Part shown: one piece after another, positions 37,098 to 47,381 of the stretch
How positions within the stretch are numbered: the first letter of the stretch is position 1
Layout: each line of letters opens with the position of its first letter
Assembly: GCA_023953695.1 (NCBI GenBank)
Contig: JAMLJG010000003.1
Location: forward strand, 106,885 to 170,884
Reading direction: 5' to 3'
DNA length: 64,000 bases
DNA from: Kiritimatiellia bacterium
GTDB lineage: Bacteria > Verrucomicrobiota > Kiritimatiellia > CAIVKH01
Made by a program: the position numbers and the translations under genes
The notes under the pieces: model-generated
What the model was told of the DNA's origin: nothing
The model's input: only the letters and a program-made list of their open reading frames with translations
The model's database searches: none

Positions 37098-38316
37098 ATC
37101 GCAGTGCCCGCACAGGATCCAAACGCGCCGCTCGATACGCGGGAATGACACCCGCCAGCGTGCAAATGACCATCGCAGATAGCGCAACGATCACAATGTC
37201 TGCGACAGACACGGTCGCCGGGATTTCGCTCAGGTGATAGAGCTCTTTGGGAAACAGCTCCATATTGAAACGGTAGGACAACAGGCGCAGCAGGTCGTTC
37301 CGAAAATGGAGAATCAAGAGCCCCGACCCCACGCCCAAGAGCGTGCCCAATGTCCCTTCGATCCAGCCTTGCCAAATAAAGACACCCATCACGCTCCGAT
37401 TCGAAAATCCCAAGGCCTTGAGGAGCCCAATCTCTCGCGTTTTTTGAACGGCCACGGTAATCAGCGTGTTGGTGATTCCAAACGCGGCCACAATCGTGAT
37501 GATGATCAGGAGAAAGAACATCATGTTCTTCTCAACGCGCAGCGTCGCAAACAACTGGCGATTCTGCTCCATCCACGTTGTGATGTGATAATGCGGAGGC
37601 AGTTCCTCCTGGAGGCGTTGCTTCACCTCTTCGACCCGAAAAGGATCGTCCGTCATCACTTGAATCCCGTGCACGCCCTCCTCGAGTTTGTAGAGGTCGC
37701 GCGCCTTGTCGAGAGAGGTCAAAACAAATCCCGCGTCAAACTCCCACATGCCGAGATCATAGAGGCCCGAGACGGTGAACTCTTCCGGCAAATACACCTC
37801 ATCGCCCGAGGCAAAGCTCTGCGGGGAATAGACCAGAATCTTGTCGCCCACGGTGGCGCCAAGCTGCATCGCAAGGTCGCGCCCCATCACCAAGTGATCG
37901 TCCTCCACATCAAAGGATCCGAGGACCATGTGCTCGGGAATGCGGCTGACTTTCTTTTCATGCTCGGGATCAATGCCCCGGGCGATAGGCGTCTGCACGC
38001 GCTCGCCCTTCTGGAGGAAGACCAGCCCCTGGACGAGTGGCGCGGCGCCCTTGACGCCGGGTGTCTTCTCGATGATTTCGATGAGTCCATCCACATCGTC
38101 AATCACCTCATAGCCCGCCACGGTGATGTGAGCGTTGAAGCTGAGGATTTTATCGCGCCACATGTCATCAAATCCGCTCATCACCGAGAGAACGATCACG
38201 AGCACGGCCACGCCCAGCAAGACGCCCAACACGGAAATAATCGTAATGATGGACTGAAACGTGCGCTTGGGGCGCATGTACTTCAATGCCAAGAATAGTG
38301 AAAACGGCAGTTGCAT
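37090..38316 (-). CDS. Lipoprotein-releasing system permease (LolC/LolE, FtsX-like family)
   Basis: Four TM helices and a large periplasmic loop. N-terminus LFLALKYMRPKR. The start is uncertain: 38316 or 38373. Confidence 0.7.
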
Positions 38317-38430
38317 ACAGCCGCCTGTTATACGGGGAAGCATCCCCGTGAGCAAATAGCGAAAGAGCCGCACGGCGAAAAAAGAGCGGAACCTTCTCTC
38401 CGAGAAGCTCAGAGCGCCCGCACGAGCGAC

Positions 38431-41400
38431 TCAAGGGGTTAGGGAAACCCTGATTTGATAGGCCCTATATGTGGCCCCGTTTGTATCAACAATGGTCAGG
38501 GGTCCACTGCCCGTTAATCCAGCAAAAGGCGGCAGGGCGGAAAAGGCCGAGCTGCTGGGCAGATTTGAGGAGTAGAAGACTTGGTAGTAGCGGCCGGAAA
38601 CCGCATTCCAAGTGACACGAATGCCACCCGTCGGATCCCATGCATGCGCCGTGAGGGCAAAATAGTCCTCGGGATCAACCGGTCGCGTCCCAGCCACATA
38701 TTCGCTCCCATTCGCGACCCAATCTCCATCCAAATCGCTCGACGCATCTCCCGAAGCAAGTGGATTCAGTCCGTAGGCCAGTTCCCAAGCATCGTCCATT
38801 CCATCTCCATCGCTATCCACCATCGAAGCGAAGTCCACCCGATAGACGCGCGTGGACTCATTGAAACGGAACGTGTACGCGCCGGCGAGGAGATTGGAAA
38901 TGACGATATTGGGGGCATTCGGAGTATCGCCAATCTGTGCGAGTGGAACGCTAAACACGGTTTGCGTGTTGATCCCCCAGTTAGCGGCGCTCCAGGAATT
39001 ATTGGCCACAAACTTGAACTCGAACGTTGATGCGGCTTTGAGCGGCAGAACGCATGCCCACTGGGATGTCGCGACAAGACGCATATTTTGCGCCGCTTCA
39101 TTCCAGAGGTTGAAGAGCCCGGCAACCGCCATGCTAGTGTAGGCTGATGGGAAGGACGACGGCAGCGGGAAATCGCCATTCGCCGTCAGCTCCAGCATGC
39201 GCAGCGTTCCGGAATCAGCAATCTTGATCGTCGCAATCCGCGTGGCCGTGTCATACGCCCACCCTTCGCCCAGATAGTTCGTCAGATCGCTTCGGCTTGC
39301 GCGCCGCGCAAGGGCGTTGCCATTGGCCTTCACCTCAACAACGTTTGACATCGCGTGCGCCACCACGAAGAAGTCGCGCGAGCCGGGATTGTAGGAGCCG
39401 CTTCTCGGATGTATGGTGAACGTCAGCGAAGTGGCGCTTCCCGAAACGGAGAGCGGCGTGCGGGCAACCACACCCGCGAGATAGTTCGTGGTCAACCCAT
39501 CATCTTCAATCAGCGCGAATTGATTATTCGCGCCCGGCCAGACATGAATGTCCAATTCATGCGGCTGAAACTCGTTCGCATAGTTCATCGCGGGCCCCAT
39601 TGGAATGATGGCCCCTGCGCGCGCAAAGAGCGGCAGATGCGAGAGGGATGCGGGCACGGTCGCGGTCAAGCCGCCTGGATAGACTTGATCGGTATCCCAG
39701 TGAAACCACACAGAGCCCGCAGGCAAATAGACAGAGCGCGCGGTCGCCCCTGACTCTACCACCGGCGCGGCCAATAAGTGAGTGCCCGCCATCAAGTCAT
39801 ATTCGTTTTGCAACCAGGTGTTCGTGTCACTCGTGAAGAAGAACGCGGTGGGCACATTCATCGGAAGTCCGTTAGTCGCTGCGTTGTGCGCGAGGCTATA
39901 GAGATACGGCATGATGCGATATCGAAATTGGATCCAATGTCGATTGAACGCAGTTTCTGCGTCCCCAAAGGCCCAGGGCTCCTGATTCGTCGTTCCGAGC
40001 GCTTGGTGGTTTCGATAGAACGGGGCGAGAACGCCGGCCTGCAGCCAGCGCGTGAGAAGAGGTCCATTGGCGTCGTCAACAAACCCGCCTATGTCATTCC
40101 CAAAGTGCGCCTGCCCCGAGATCATCACGCTGAGCGCAAGGCGGCTGTTGTAGCGCAAATGGTCATAAGAAGAGCCGTTGTCGCCGCTCCATCCAATCGC
40201 ATATTGCTGAACTCCCGGCCAGCCCGACCGCGTCAGCACAAAGGGACGAAGGGACGGATTTTGCACTTTCAACGCATCGCGAGTGACGCGCCCCTGCCAC
40301 ACGTTGTAGGTATTCCGATTGAGAGCCGTCCACTTGCGTGTGTCATTGGTTGAATAGAGCCCACCATAGCGCCCATCGAGATACCAAATTGTGTCCAACG
40401 GGAGACCATTTTCATTGGGCTCCGTCAAATCGTTCCAAATCCCTTTGAAGCCATTGGTCGCCAAGTAATTCGTCAGCAAACCTTGCCACCATCCACGCGT
40501 CGCCTCGATGGACCAATCGAGCCACGAAACCCCGCCGAGAAAGTTCGTTCCAATGTGGTTCGCCAAAGAACGGTCTTTGATAAAGAAAAGGTTCGATGCG
40601 GCCACGGAGTGGAGCGGGTCATTGGTGGTTAAGAGCGGCTCGACAATCGGAATCAATTGCACACCATTACTCACGGCGAATGAGACCAAGGCCGCAGGAT
40701 TGCTGAAGCCTGACGCGAATGAGAGCTGGTGCGGCTGGCCATCATTCTTTTGATGGCCGATATCCAGATAGACCGCATCGCAAGGGATGTCGAGCCTGCG
40801 AAAGGTGCTGATCAAATTGGTTACTTCCACGGCAGTGAAATAGCTGTGCCGAGACTGCTGGTAGCCATACCCCCACTTCGGAAGGAGCATCGGCCGCCCT
40901 GTCAGCTCCGAGAACCGATCAATGATCGCGGACATGGAGTTGGAGGAGCCGCCGCCAAAGAAGAAATAATCAATCTGATCATCTCCCGCTTCAAATGTGT
41001 AGGTTCCATTGGTGAGAGACAAATCCACCACCGGTCGCGCAGGGTTATTGAAAAATATCCCATAGGCAAAGGTCGCCCGACTTGTTGTCGCGGGCTGAAC
41101 GCCATACCAAAATGGGAACGCCGTATATTTGGGATTCAGATATTCCCCAAAATTGTACGTGTCCTGAGTCCAGAACTGGAAATAGCGGCCGCGCCGATTC
41201 AGAGGACCCGCTTCGTCGCCCAGCCCAAAAAAGCCCGCGCCAGCGGGCATCTCTTTCACCGCTCGCACCTTGAAACCAGTCGGATGGTTTGTGGCGGATC
41301 CGTCCGGATAGTTCTTGGCATAGCCGACTGTGTCGCCCAGCATGGAGTAGTCGCTGTCCCATTCCAGGCGGCGATCGCGGAGCAGGTCGCGGCCCGCAGA

Positions 41401-41832
41401 ATCTTTGAAATTCACAAGGAAGCGATTGCTGAACACCACCTGAATGCGAAGTTGATCCGTTTGGATCAGATAATTTGTCGGACTCACTGCCGTGAACGTC
41501 GAGAGGAACGACGGCCACTCCGCCAGAGGTTTGGCGATCGAGACTTCCTCGCGATCCGCGAAGTTTGTTGTGCCGAGAAAATGAAAACGCACACGCACGA
41601 CATCGGGTGCAAAGGGAGTGATCTCCGCAATTCCGTTTGTTGCCAGGTTCAGAAAAAGACTCTTGTGCCCGGCTTCATTAGTTCGAACCGTCCACGCCTG
41701 AACCGAGCCATTCGTCCGAACGGCCGCGTAAGCGCCGTTGGATGGCGCCAGTAGCGATGCCACTACAAAAGCAATGATGGCGATGAACTTGCACATTCTG
41801 AGCAATGGCCCCAAAGGGGCGAATATATCCAC
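38431..41832 (-). CDS. Secreted glycoside hydrolase family 31 protein (alpha-glucosidase/alpha-xylosidase-like) with a C-terminal extension carrying Asp-rich calcium-binding-like repeats
   Basis: Signal peptide. GH31 motifs GFKGIWNDLTEP (catalytic nucleophile region) and GNDIGGF. C-terminal DSDGDGMDDAWE repeat. Confidence 0.8.
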   Translation of the reverse strand: MDIFAPLGPLLRMCKFIAIIAFVVASLLAPSNGAYAAVRTNGSVQAWTVRTNEAGHKSLFLNLATNGIAEITPFAPDVVRVRFHFLGTTNFADREEVSIAKPLAEWPSFLSTFTAVSPTNYLIQTDQLRIQVVFSNRFLVNFKDSAGRDLLRDRRLEWDSDYSMLGDTVGYAKNYPDGSATNHPTGFKVRAVKEMPAGAGFFGLGDEAGPLNRRGRYFQFWTQDTYNFGEYLNPKYTAFPFWYGVQPATTSRATFAYGIFFNNPARPVVDLSLTNGTYTFEAGDDQIDYFFFGGGSSNSMSAIIDRFSELTGRPMLLPKWGYGYQQSRHSYFTAVEVTNLISTFRRLDIPCDAVYLDIGHQKNDGQPHQLSFASGFSNPAALVSFAVSNGVQLIPIVEPLLTTNDPLHSVAASNLFFIKDRSLANHIGTNFLGGVSWLDWSIEATRGWWQGLLTNYLATNGFKGIWNDLTEPNENGLPLDTIWYLDGRYGGLYSTNDTRKWTALNRNTYNVWQGRVTRDALKVQNPSLRPFVLTRSGWPGVQQYAIGWSGDNGSSYDHLRYNSRLALSVMISGQAHFGNDIGGFVDDANGPLLTRWLQAGVLAPFYRNHQALGTTNQEPWAFGDAETAFNRHWIQFRYRIMPYLYSLAHNAATNGLPMNVPTAFFFTSDTNTWLQNEYDLMAGTHLLAAPVVESGATARSVYLPAGSVWFHWDTDQVYPGGLTATVPASLSHLPLFARAGAIIPMGPAMNYANEFQPHELDIHVWPGANNQFALIEDDGLTTNYLAGVVARTPLSVSGSATSLTFTIHPRSGSYNPGSRDFFVVAHAMSNVVEVKANGNALARRASRSDLTNYLGEGWAYDTATRIATIKIADSGTLRMLELTANGDFPLPSSFPSAYTSMAVAGLFNLWNEAAQNMRLVATSQWACVLPLKAASTFEFKFVANNSWSAANWGINTQTVFSVPLAQIGDTPNAPNIVISNLLAGAYTFRFNESTRVYRVDFASMVDSDGDGMDDAWELAYGLNPLASGDASSDLDGDWVANGSEYVAGTRPVDPEDYFALTAHAWDPTGGIRVTWNAVSGRYYQVFYSSNLPSSSAFSALPPFAGLTGSGPLTIVDTNGATYRAYQIRVSLTP

Positions 41833-41897
41833 TTCTGCACCTCGTGGATAGGAAACATCGCAACCTCAACCCGACAGAATGAGGAAGCACCCAACGA

Positions 41898-42395
41898 TCA
41901 GAGGGGTTTGGGCGCAAGCGCCGCGATTACCGTTTGCGCCTGTGCATGGCAAATAGCGATGGCGAGGGCATCGGCGGAGTCCTCCTGAGGCGTTTCAGAG
42001 AGCCCTAAGAGACGAATCACCATGAGAGCCACCTGCTCCTTGCTGGCCTCCCCGTGTCCCACCAGCGCCTGCTTCACACGGCGTGGCGGATATTCGAAAA
42101 CAGGCAGCCCGGCCCTCGCACATGCCGCGATGGCCACCCCTCTCGCTTGACCCAATGTCACCGCTGTCTTGACGTTCTTACAATAGAAGATTCCTTCCAC
42201 CGCCGCGGTCTCAGGACTGTACGTCCCAATTAGGTTCGCCAGCTCTCGGTCAATGCGCCGTAGACATTCCGATACGGGTCGCCCTGCGGGAATCGTCAGT
42301 GTGACAGCCTCCACCAATCGAATCTTTGATCCCGAGACCTCGATGATTCCCACCCCGGTGGAACGCAGCGATGTGTCTATGCCCAGGATGCGCAC
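41898..42395 (-). CDS. ruvC: Holliday junction resolvase RuvC
   Basis: MRILGIDTSLRSTGVGIIE, with the RuvC catalytic D/E pattern. Confidence 0.9.
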   Translation of the reverse strand: MRILGIDTSLRSTGVGIIEVSGSKIRLVEAVTLTIPAGRPVSECLRRIDRELANLIGTYSPETAAVEGIFYCKNVKTAVTLGQARGVAIAACARAGLPVFEYPPRRVKQALVGHGEASKEQVALMVIRLLGLSETPQEDSADALAIAICHAQAQTVIAALAPKPL

Positions 42396-42417
42396 AAAGG
42401 AAACAATCTCGCTGGCA

Positions 42418-43170
42418 TCAGGCCTGTGCCTTGGCCATTACCTCGTCGGAAATATCGAAGTTGGTGTACACGTTCTGCACGTCATCCAAATCCTCAAGCG
42501 CCTCAATGAATCCGATCAACTGCTTGGCCTTATCCGCATCGGTCACCGGAACCGTCGAATCGGGCAGCATCGTCAACTCCGAGGTTCCCGGGGTCAGAGA
42601 AGCTGCCGCCAACGCGTCACTGACAGCGCCATACTGAGAAGGTTCACAGATGACTTCGAACAGGCTCCCATCGCGCTGAACATCTTCCGCGCCAGCCTCC
42701 AAGGCAATATCGAGCAGGCGATCCTCCTCGACCAATTCTGCAGAAATCGCGAAATAGCCACGGCGTCGAAAATTGCGCAGCACACTCCCTGCTCCCGCCA
42801 GGTTTCCGCCGTGCTTGGAAAATGCGTGGCGTACCTCGGCAGCCGTGCGGTTTTTATTGTCGGATAGCGTCTGGACAATGACCGAGACTCCGCCTGGCGC
42901 ATACCCCTCATAGAGAATCTCTTCAAAAACGAGACCATCAACCTCGCCCGTGCCGCGCTTGATCGCGCGCTCAATGTTGTCGGACGGCATATTTACGCCA
43001 CGCGCCTTTTGGACCAAGGCGCGCAGGCTGATATTTGCGGCGGGATCGCCTCCGCCAATACGTGCCGCCACCATGATCTCCTTAGCGATCTTGCTGAAGA
43101 CCTTGCCTTTGACAGCGTCCGCAGCCGCTTTCTTATGCTTGATGTTTGCCCATTTACTATGTCCAGCCAT
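42418..43170 (-). CDS. yebC: YebC/PmpR family DNA-binding transcriptional regulator
   Basis: Hallmark N-terminus MAGHSKWANIKHKK. Confidence 0.9.
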   Translation of the reverse strand: MAGHSKWANIKHKKAAADAVKGKVFSKIAKEIMVAARIGGGDPAANISLRALVQKARGVNMPSDNIERAIKRGTGEVDGLVFEEILYEGYAPGGVSVIVQTLSDNKNRTAAEVRHAFSKHGGNLAGAGSVLRNFRRRGYFAISAELVEEDRLLDIALEAGAEDVQRDGSLFEVICEPSQYGAVSDALAAASLTPGTSELTMLPDSTVPVTDADKAKQLIGFIEALEDLDDVQNVYTNFDISDEVMAKAQA

Positions 43171-43258
43171 GCGTTTTCGGGGGGTTGTGGGTTATCGTGC
43201 TAGTTACTCAACGGATTTCACCTCCAAGATGAACCTGTTCGGCGCGGAAAACCTCGCT

Positions 43259-43816
43259 CTAGTGTTCAGCGAGCAAGGCGTCCAAATCCGATTTCAGTTC
43301 ATCCACGGGTAAATCGCCTGGGTACTGCTTGCGCACGGCCCCACGGTCATCCAACAGCAAGACAGTTGGGAGTGCGCGAACTTTCGCCACTTCGCTCACA
43401 TAGTCGGGGACAGCAACCGCTAAGGGAAATGAGACGGAGACATCCTTCACGACAAGGGTCGGTTCTTCGCCATTCGCAAAGGCGGTCAAAAGTCCGACAA
43501 CCGCAAGGCCCTTCGTCGCCCACTCCCTGTTGATAGAATCAAGCTCGCGCAATTGCTCCTCCCAATAGGGAGTTCCAACGCCCTGAATTGAAATCAGCAA
43601 AGGTTTCCCATTGAAGGAATCCAAGGCGAAATCGCCGTCCTGCCCGACGATATAATGTGGCGACGGAATCTCGGGTCGCGCAGCTTCCTGTGGAGCCGCC
43701 GGCTTGGTCTCCGAAGGCCGCACCCGACATCCCGACGAAAACACGCTACCGAGCGCTGCGAACACACTCGCCACAATGGCAATGCGCCTCAAAAGCTGAA
43801 GATGCTTGTTATTCAC
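43259..43816 (-). CDS. Hypothetical lipoprotein, possibly a thioredoxin/redoxin-like fold without a CxxC motif
   Basis: Lipobox FSSGC. The region ISIQGVGTPYW sits where redoxins carry WCxPC, but no Cys pair is present. Confidence 0.3.
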   Translation of the reverse strand: MNNKHLQLLRRIAIVASVFAALGSVFSSGCRVRPSETKPAAPQEAARPEIPSPHYIVGQDGDFALDSFNGKPLLISIQGVGTPYWEEQLRELDSINREWATKGLAVVGLLTAFANGEEPTLVVKDVSVSFPLAVAVPDYVSEVAKVRALPTVLLLDDRGAVRKQYPGDLPVDELKSDLDALLAEH

Positions 43817-43873
43817 GCAAATATTTCACAGTATGGGCTGAATTGCAGCCGATGTTGTCGCGAATGGACCGTT

Positions 43874-44791
43874 ATGAGCAAGAATAAAACTTGGACACCT
43901 TCACGTTGGCCCTGGGAGATGGATGTGCTCACCCTGCTCTTTGTGATCGCTGCACTCGTCATCCCCTACTACTACTTCAGCGAGGGCACGGGAAACGATG
44001 TCGCATGGACGCTCAAAGAACAGCAACACGTCCTCTGGGCAATTGGCATCGTGGTTTTGTTTGTTATGCACCTAGCGGTGGCCGGCGCAACACTGGAGAT
44101 GATTTCGACGCCAATTTTGCACCTGCTGAGTCCCACAATCTTCGCCCTTCTCGCCTACTTTCGGATTCACACTGCCATTCAAGAGGCTCAGCAACCGTCC
44201 ATCCTCACCGGGTCGCTTCTTCAGTATTTACTGGTAGCCGTAAGCGTCTTTACTCTGACGCTTGTAATGGCCCGGATTCGCATGGCGCGCCATCTTCTTC
44301 GCTATCGTCATATTCAGTGGGATATTGCCTGCAAATCGCCCTACGACAGCACCTATTTCCAACTGATGACGCAGCTCAAACCTCTAATTTACCCGCCTCA
44401 TCTCATTCGCGCCTGCTCAGAGGGCGTTTTGCTCGAAGGCTGGTTCTACCTAATGCCCCTCCCTTTTGAAATGTTCCAGGGCATCGCGGCCGTTCACCAT
44501 ATGCCGTATAGTACGAGCGGGCGCTTCTTTGCCTCCTCTACAAAATCTCTCGTCCGCATTGAACTACTCGATGCCTCAAGACCCGTGTTCGTCTCGCCGG
44601 AGAACCGCCCCGAATTCGTCTCCTACTGCGTTCAGCACCTCACCGCCTTGCGCGGCCCAAGCGCGGGCAGAACATCTGCGGGAACCCGCGCTGGAGGCAC
44701 CGCGCGAGGCACACGATCAAACCACCCCGCGAACCGAACATCCAACGGCACCGCGCACGGATCCTTCTACTCTAACTCCGAGGGCCCTTGA
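43874..44791 (+). CDS. Hypothetical integral membrane protein
   Basis: Multiple hydrophobic helices. The first ATG of the track ORF that avoids overlap with the opposing gene is at 43874. Confidence 0.45.
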   Translation: MSKNKTWTPSRWPWEMDVLTLLFVIAALVIPYYYFSEGTGNDVAWTLKEQQHVLWAIGIVVLFVMHLAVAGATLEMISTPILHLLSPTIFALLAYFRIHTAIQEAQQPSILTGSLLQYLLVAVSVFTLTLVMARIRMARHLLRYRHIQWDIACKSPYDSTYFQLMTQLKPLIYPPHLIRACSEGVLLEGWFYLMPLPFEMFQGIAAVHHMPYSTSGRFFASSTKSLVRIELLDASRPVFVSPENRPEFVSYCVQHLTALRGPSAGRTSAGTRAGGTARGTRSNHPANRTSNGTAHGSFYSNSEGP

Positions 44792-46216
44792 TTGTCCCTT
44801 GCCCCAATCTCGGCTGCGACTTTTGATCCGCGTGCAACCCGCATTGCACAACGTCTGCAAGAGGCCGGATTCCAAACCGTCTTCGCCGGTGGCTGTGTTC
44901 GCGACGCACTTCTGGGTCGGCCGCCTCAAGACATAGATATCGCGACCAGCGCCAAACCCGAAGAAGCAGCCACGCTCTTTCCCAAAGCTCGCTTCATCGG
45001 CAAGGCATTCGGCGTCACCCTGATTTCACAGGAAGGTGCGCATTTCGAAGTTGCCACTTTCCGTCGCGATGTCGGCTCTCGCGACGGACGCCGACCGGAA
45101 CGCATTGAATATGCCCCCGCCGAGCAAGATGCCCGACGGCGCGATTTCACCATTAACGGAATCTTCTTCGACCCCATACACGAGAAGGTCTTGGATTTCG
45201 TCGAAGGCATCAGCGACTTGCAGCAGCGGATCATCCGCGCAATCGGCGATCCCCTCTCCCGCTTCGAAGAAGACCACCTCCGCTTGCTTCGTGCCGTCCG
45301 CTTCGCCGCCACGCTGCAATTTAAGATTGATCCCCAGACGCTCGCCGCCATGCGCACTTCGGCGCCACAAATTCAGCGCATCAGCGCCGAGCGCATTCTT
45401 CAGGAACTCACTCGCATCTGGACAGAATCCGTCCCGCCAGGAACGGGACTTCGCCTCTTGCAGAGCAGCGGTTTGCTTCGCGAAATCCTGCCCGAAATCG
45501 AGGCGATGGTGGGTGTTGTCCAACCCCCGGAATACCACCCCGAAGGCGATGTCTTTATCCACACGGCGCTCGCACTCGATCAGTTGCACGAACCCGACCC
45601 TGCCCTCGCCTGGGCCACTCTCCTCCATGATGTCGGAAAGCCGCCGACCTATCGCGAAGTGCAGGAAGATGGCAAATTGCGCATCCGCTTTGACAGGCAC
45701 GCCGCAGTAGGAGCCGAAATTGCCGATGCCCTATTGCGCCGTCTCCGCGCATCTAACGAACTGCGCGAAGCTGTAGTTCATGCCGTTCGCCAACACATGC
45801 GATTCTTGGATTGGCCCAATATGAAGGTGAGCACGCGGCGAAAGATTGTGGCGCACCCGCTCTTTTTGCTCGATCTGGGTCTGCATCGCGCGGATTGCCT
45901 CGCCAGCAACGGGTTTTTGGACACGCATGAAAAGGCAAAGCGCGAATATGAGCAACTGTGTGCCGAACGACCCTTACCAGTTCCCTGGATCAACGGAAAC
46001 GACATCATGCAACGCGGTATCCCGCCGGGCCCCCGCGTTGGATATTGGAGACAACGCGCGTTCGATGCCCAACTGGAAGGCCAGTTCGCCAGTCGCGAGG
46101 AGTTGCTCGATTGGCTAACCGAAACAATCAAGCAGAATCCAGACATGAATCCGGCGGCTGACGAAGCATCACCCAACCCGCCACGCCCAACGCCAAAATC
46201 AGATTCATCAGCATGA
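44792..46216 (+). CDS. CCA tRNA nucleotidyltransferase / poly(A) polymerase family enzyme with HD domain
   Basis: GGCVRDALLGRPPQDIDIAT...RRDFTINGIF head domain and an HD region (HDVGK). No in-frame ATG near the N-terminus, so a TTG start at 44792. Confidence 0.75.
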   Translation: MSLAPISAATFDPRATRIAQRLQEAGFQTVFAGGCVRDALLGRPPQDIDIATSAKPEEAATLFPKARFIGKAFGVTLISQEGAHFEVATFRRDVGSRDGRRPERIEYAPAEQDARRRDFTINGIFFDPIHEKVLDFVEGISDLQQRIIRAIGDPLSRFEEDHLRLLRAVRFAATLQFKIDPQTLAAMRTSAPQIQRISAERILQELTRIWTESVPPGTGLRLLQSSGLLREILPEIEAMVGVVQPPEYHPEGDVFIHTALALDQLHEPDPALAWATLLHDVGKPPTYREVQEDGKLRIRFDRHAAVGAEIADALLRRLRASNELREAVVHAVRQHMRFLDWPNMKVSTRRKIVAHPLFLLDLGLHRADCLASNGFLDTHEKAKREYEQLCAERPLPVPWINGNDIMQRGIPPGPRVGYWRQRAFDAQLEGQFASREELLDWLTETIKQNPDMNPAADEASPNPPRPTPKSDSSA

Positions 46217-47381
46217 ATATCTCTCCGTCCCCGAAGTTATATTCTACCAACCCGTTGAGATGCAGCGTGAGGAATGCGACCAAGAGCCCCAACGCGGGGC
46301 CGCGATAGCTCGGCCACTGCCTTTCCGCACACCTCCACGCGCGCGTCAAATAGACAAATCCGACTCCCATCCAGAGGAGCCACGAGACCTCGCCCAGCCA
46401 GCCCAACTCCAAGCGCACTTGCATGGCATTGTTGTGCAGATGATTGAGCTTCTTCTGCACCGGAACCCTGTGCTTCGCCATGTCCTCATGAAGAACCGAA
46501 CGCCACCCCATCCCCAGTGGATACTCCTCAAATAGCGCGGGGGCCACATGGGTCCATAAAGAATAGCGGCCACCGCTGCGCACAGAAAACTCATCTCGCA
46601 ACTGCCCCACACGCGCCCGCACGGATGGGACAAATGACGCAGCAATGCCCAGGGCTAAGAGAAGAACCACCACGCGACGCCGATTCGTCAACAAGCTCAG
46701 CACCAGCACCGCGGCAACAGCAGAAAACCATGCGCCACGCTTGAAATGTAAGAGCAAGGCCAAAGCCGCAACGGCGAGCACGGCCAAAAGGAAAAGCGGG
46801 CGAAAACCCGGCGCGCGAACCAGCCAGAGGGCCAAAGCCAAGGCAATCGCAATGGCATAAAACTGCGGGTCTCGCATATTTCCCGCATCGAAAAGACTCG
46901 GGGGCACGTCAGATGTCGTCAGCGCTCCAGCCGACAACCCCGCATGATACGCGCGCAACTCCAAGAGATGACTAACGGGAATCCGAACACAATCGTAGGC
47001 CGCTTTGCTCGCGCAGCCGATGAGGAAGAGGAGGATCAACTTCCTCAGCAACACTTCTGAGGTCGTCGCGTCGCGCTTTCCCAAAAGGAGCGGAAAGACG
47101 AGCGGCACAGCAAGGAGAAGCAACCGATCCGTCTTGTGCAACCCCAGCGAGGGACGCACGCCAACAAATAGGCTGGCGAAAACCGCTACGGCGAACAAGG
47201 CAAGAACTGTAAACAGCGGCGCCCGAGTCACCGAGCCAAGCGATCCTCTCCCGCAGCCGATGATTGCGATCAGGGCGAACAGATAGGCCCAAATCTGGCC
47301 TGCCGCAATCGAGATGGGCAGCAGCGCTGCATGAATAAGCAGCAAAATCTCCAGGCTTCGGCTCTCCCAAGCTCGCTTCAC
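46128..47381 (-). CDS. O-antigen ligase/polymerase (Wzy_C)-like polytopic membrane protein
   Basis: Around 10 predicted TM helices with a periplasmic loop region. Overlaps the CCA gene 3' end by 89 nt, convergently. Confidence 0.5.
   Translation of the reverse strand: MKRAWESRSLEILLLIHAALLPISIAAGQIWAYLFALIAIIGCGRGSLGSVTRAPLFTVLALFAVAVFASLFVGVRPSLGLHKTDRLLLLAVPLVFPLLLGKRDATTSEVLLRKLILLFLIGCASKAAYDCVRIPVSHLLELRAYHAGLSAGALTTSDVPPSLFDAGNMRDPQFYAIAIALALALWLVRAPGFRPLFLLAVLAVAALALLLHFKRGAWFSAVAAVLVLSLLTNRRRVVVLLLALGIAASFVPSVRARVGQLRDEFSVRSGGRYSLWTHVAPALFEEYPLGMGWRSVLHEDMAKHRVPVQKKLNHLHNNAMQVRLELGWLGEVSWLLWMGVGFVYLTRAWRCAERQWPSYRGPALGLLVAFLTLHLNGLVEYNFGDGEIFMLMNLILALGVAGWVMLRQPPDSCLDSA

Noticed and set aside
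43655-43873. The N-terminal 73 codons of the track ORF 43655..44791 overlap the opposing lipoprotein gene.
   Set aside because: The hydrophobic membrane-protein portion begins after the internal ATG at 43874. The upstream extension is Arg/Ser-rich shadow sequence.
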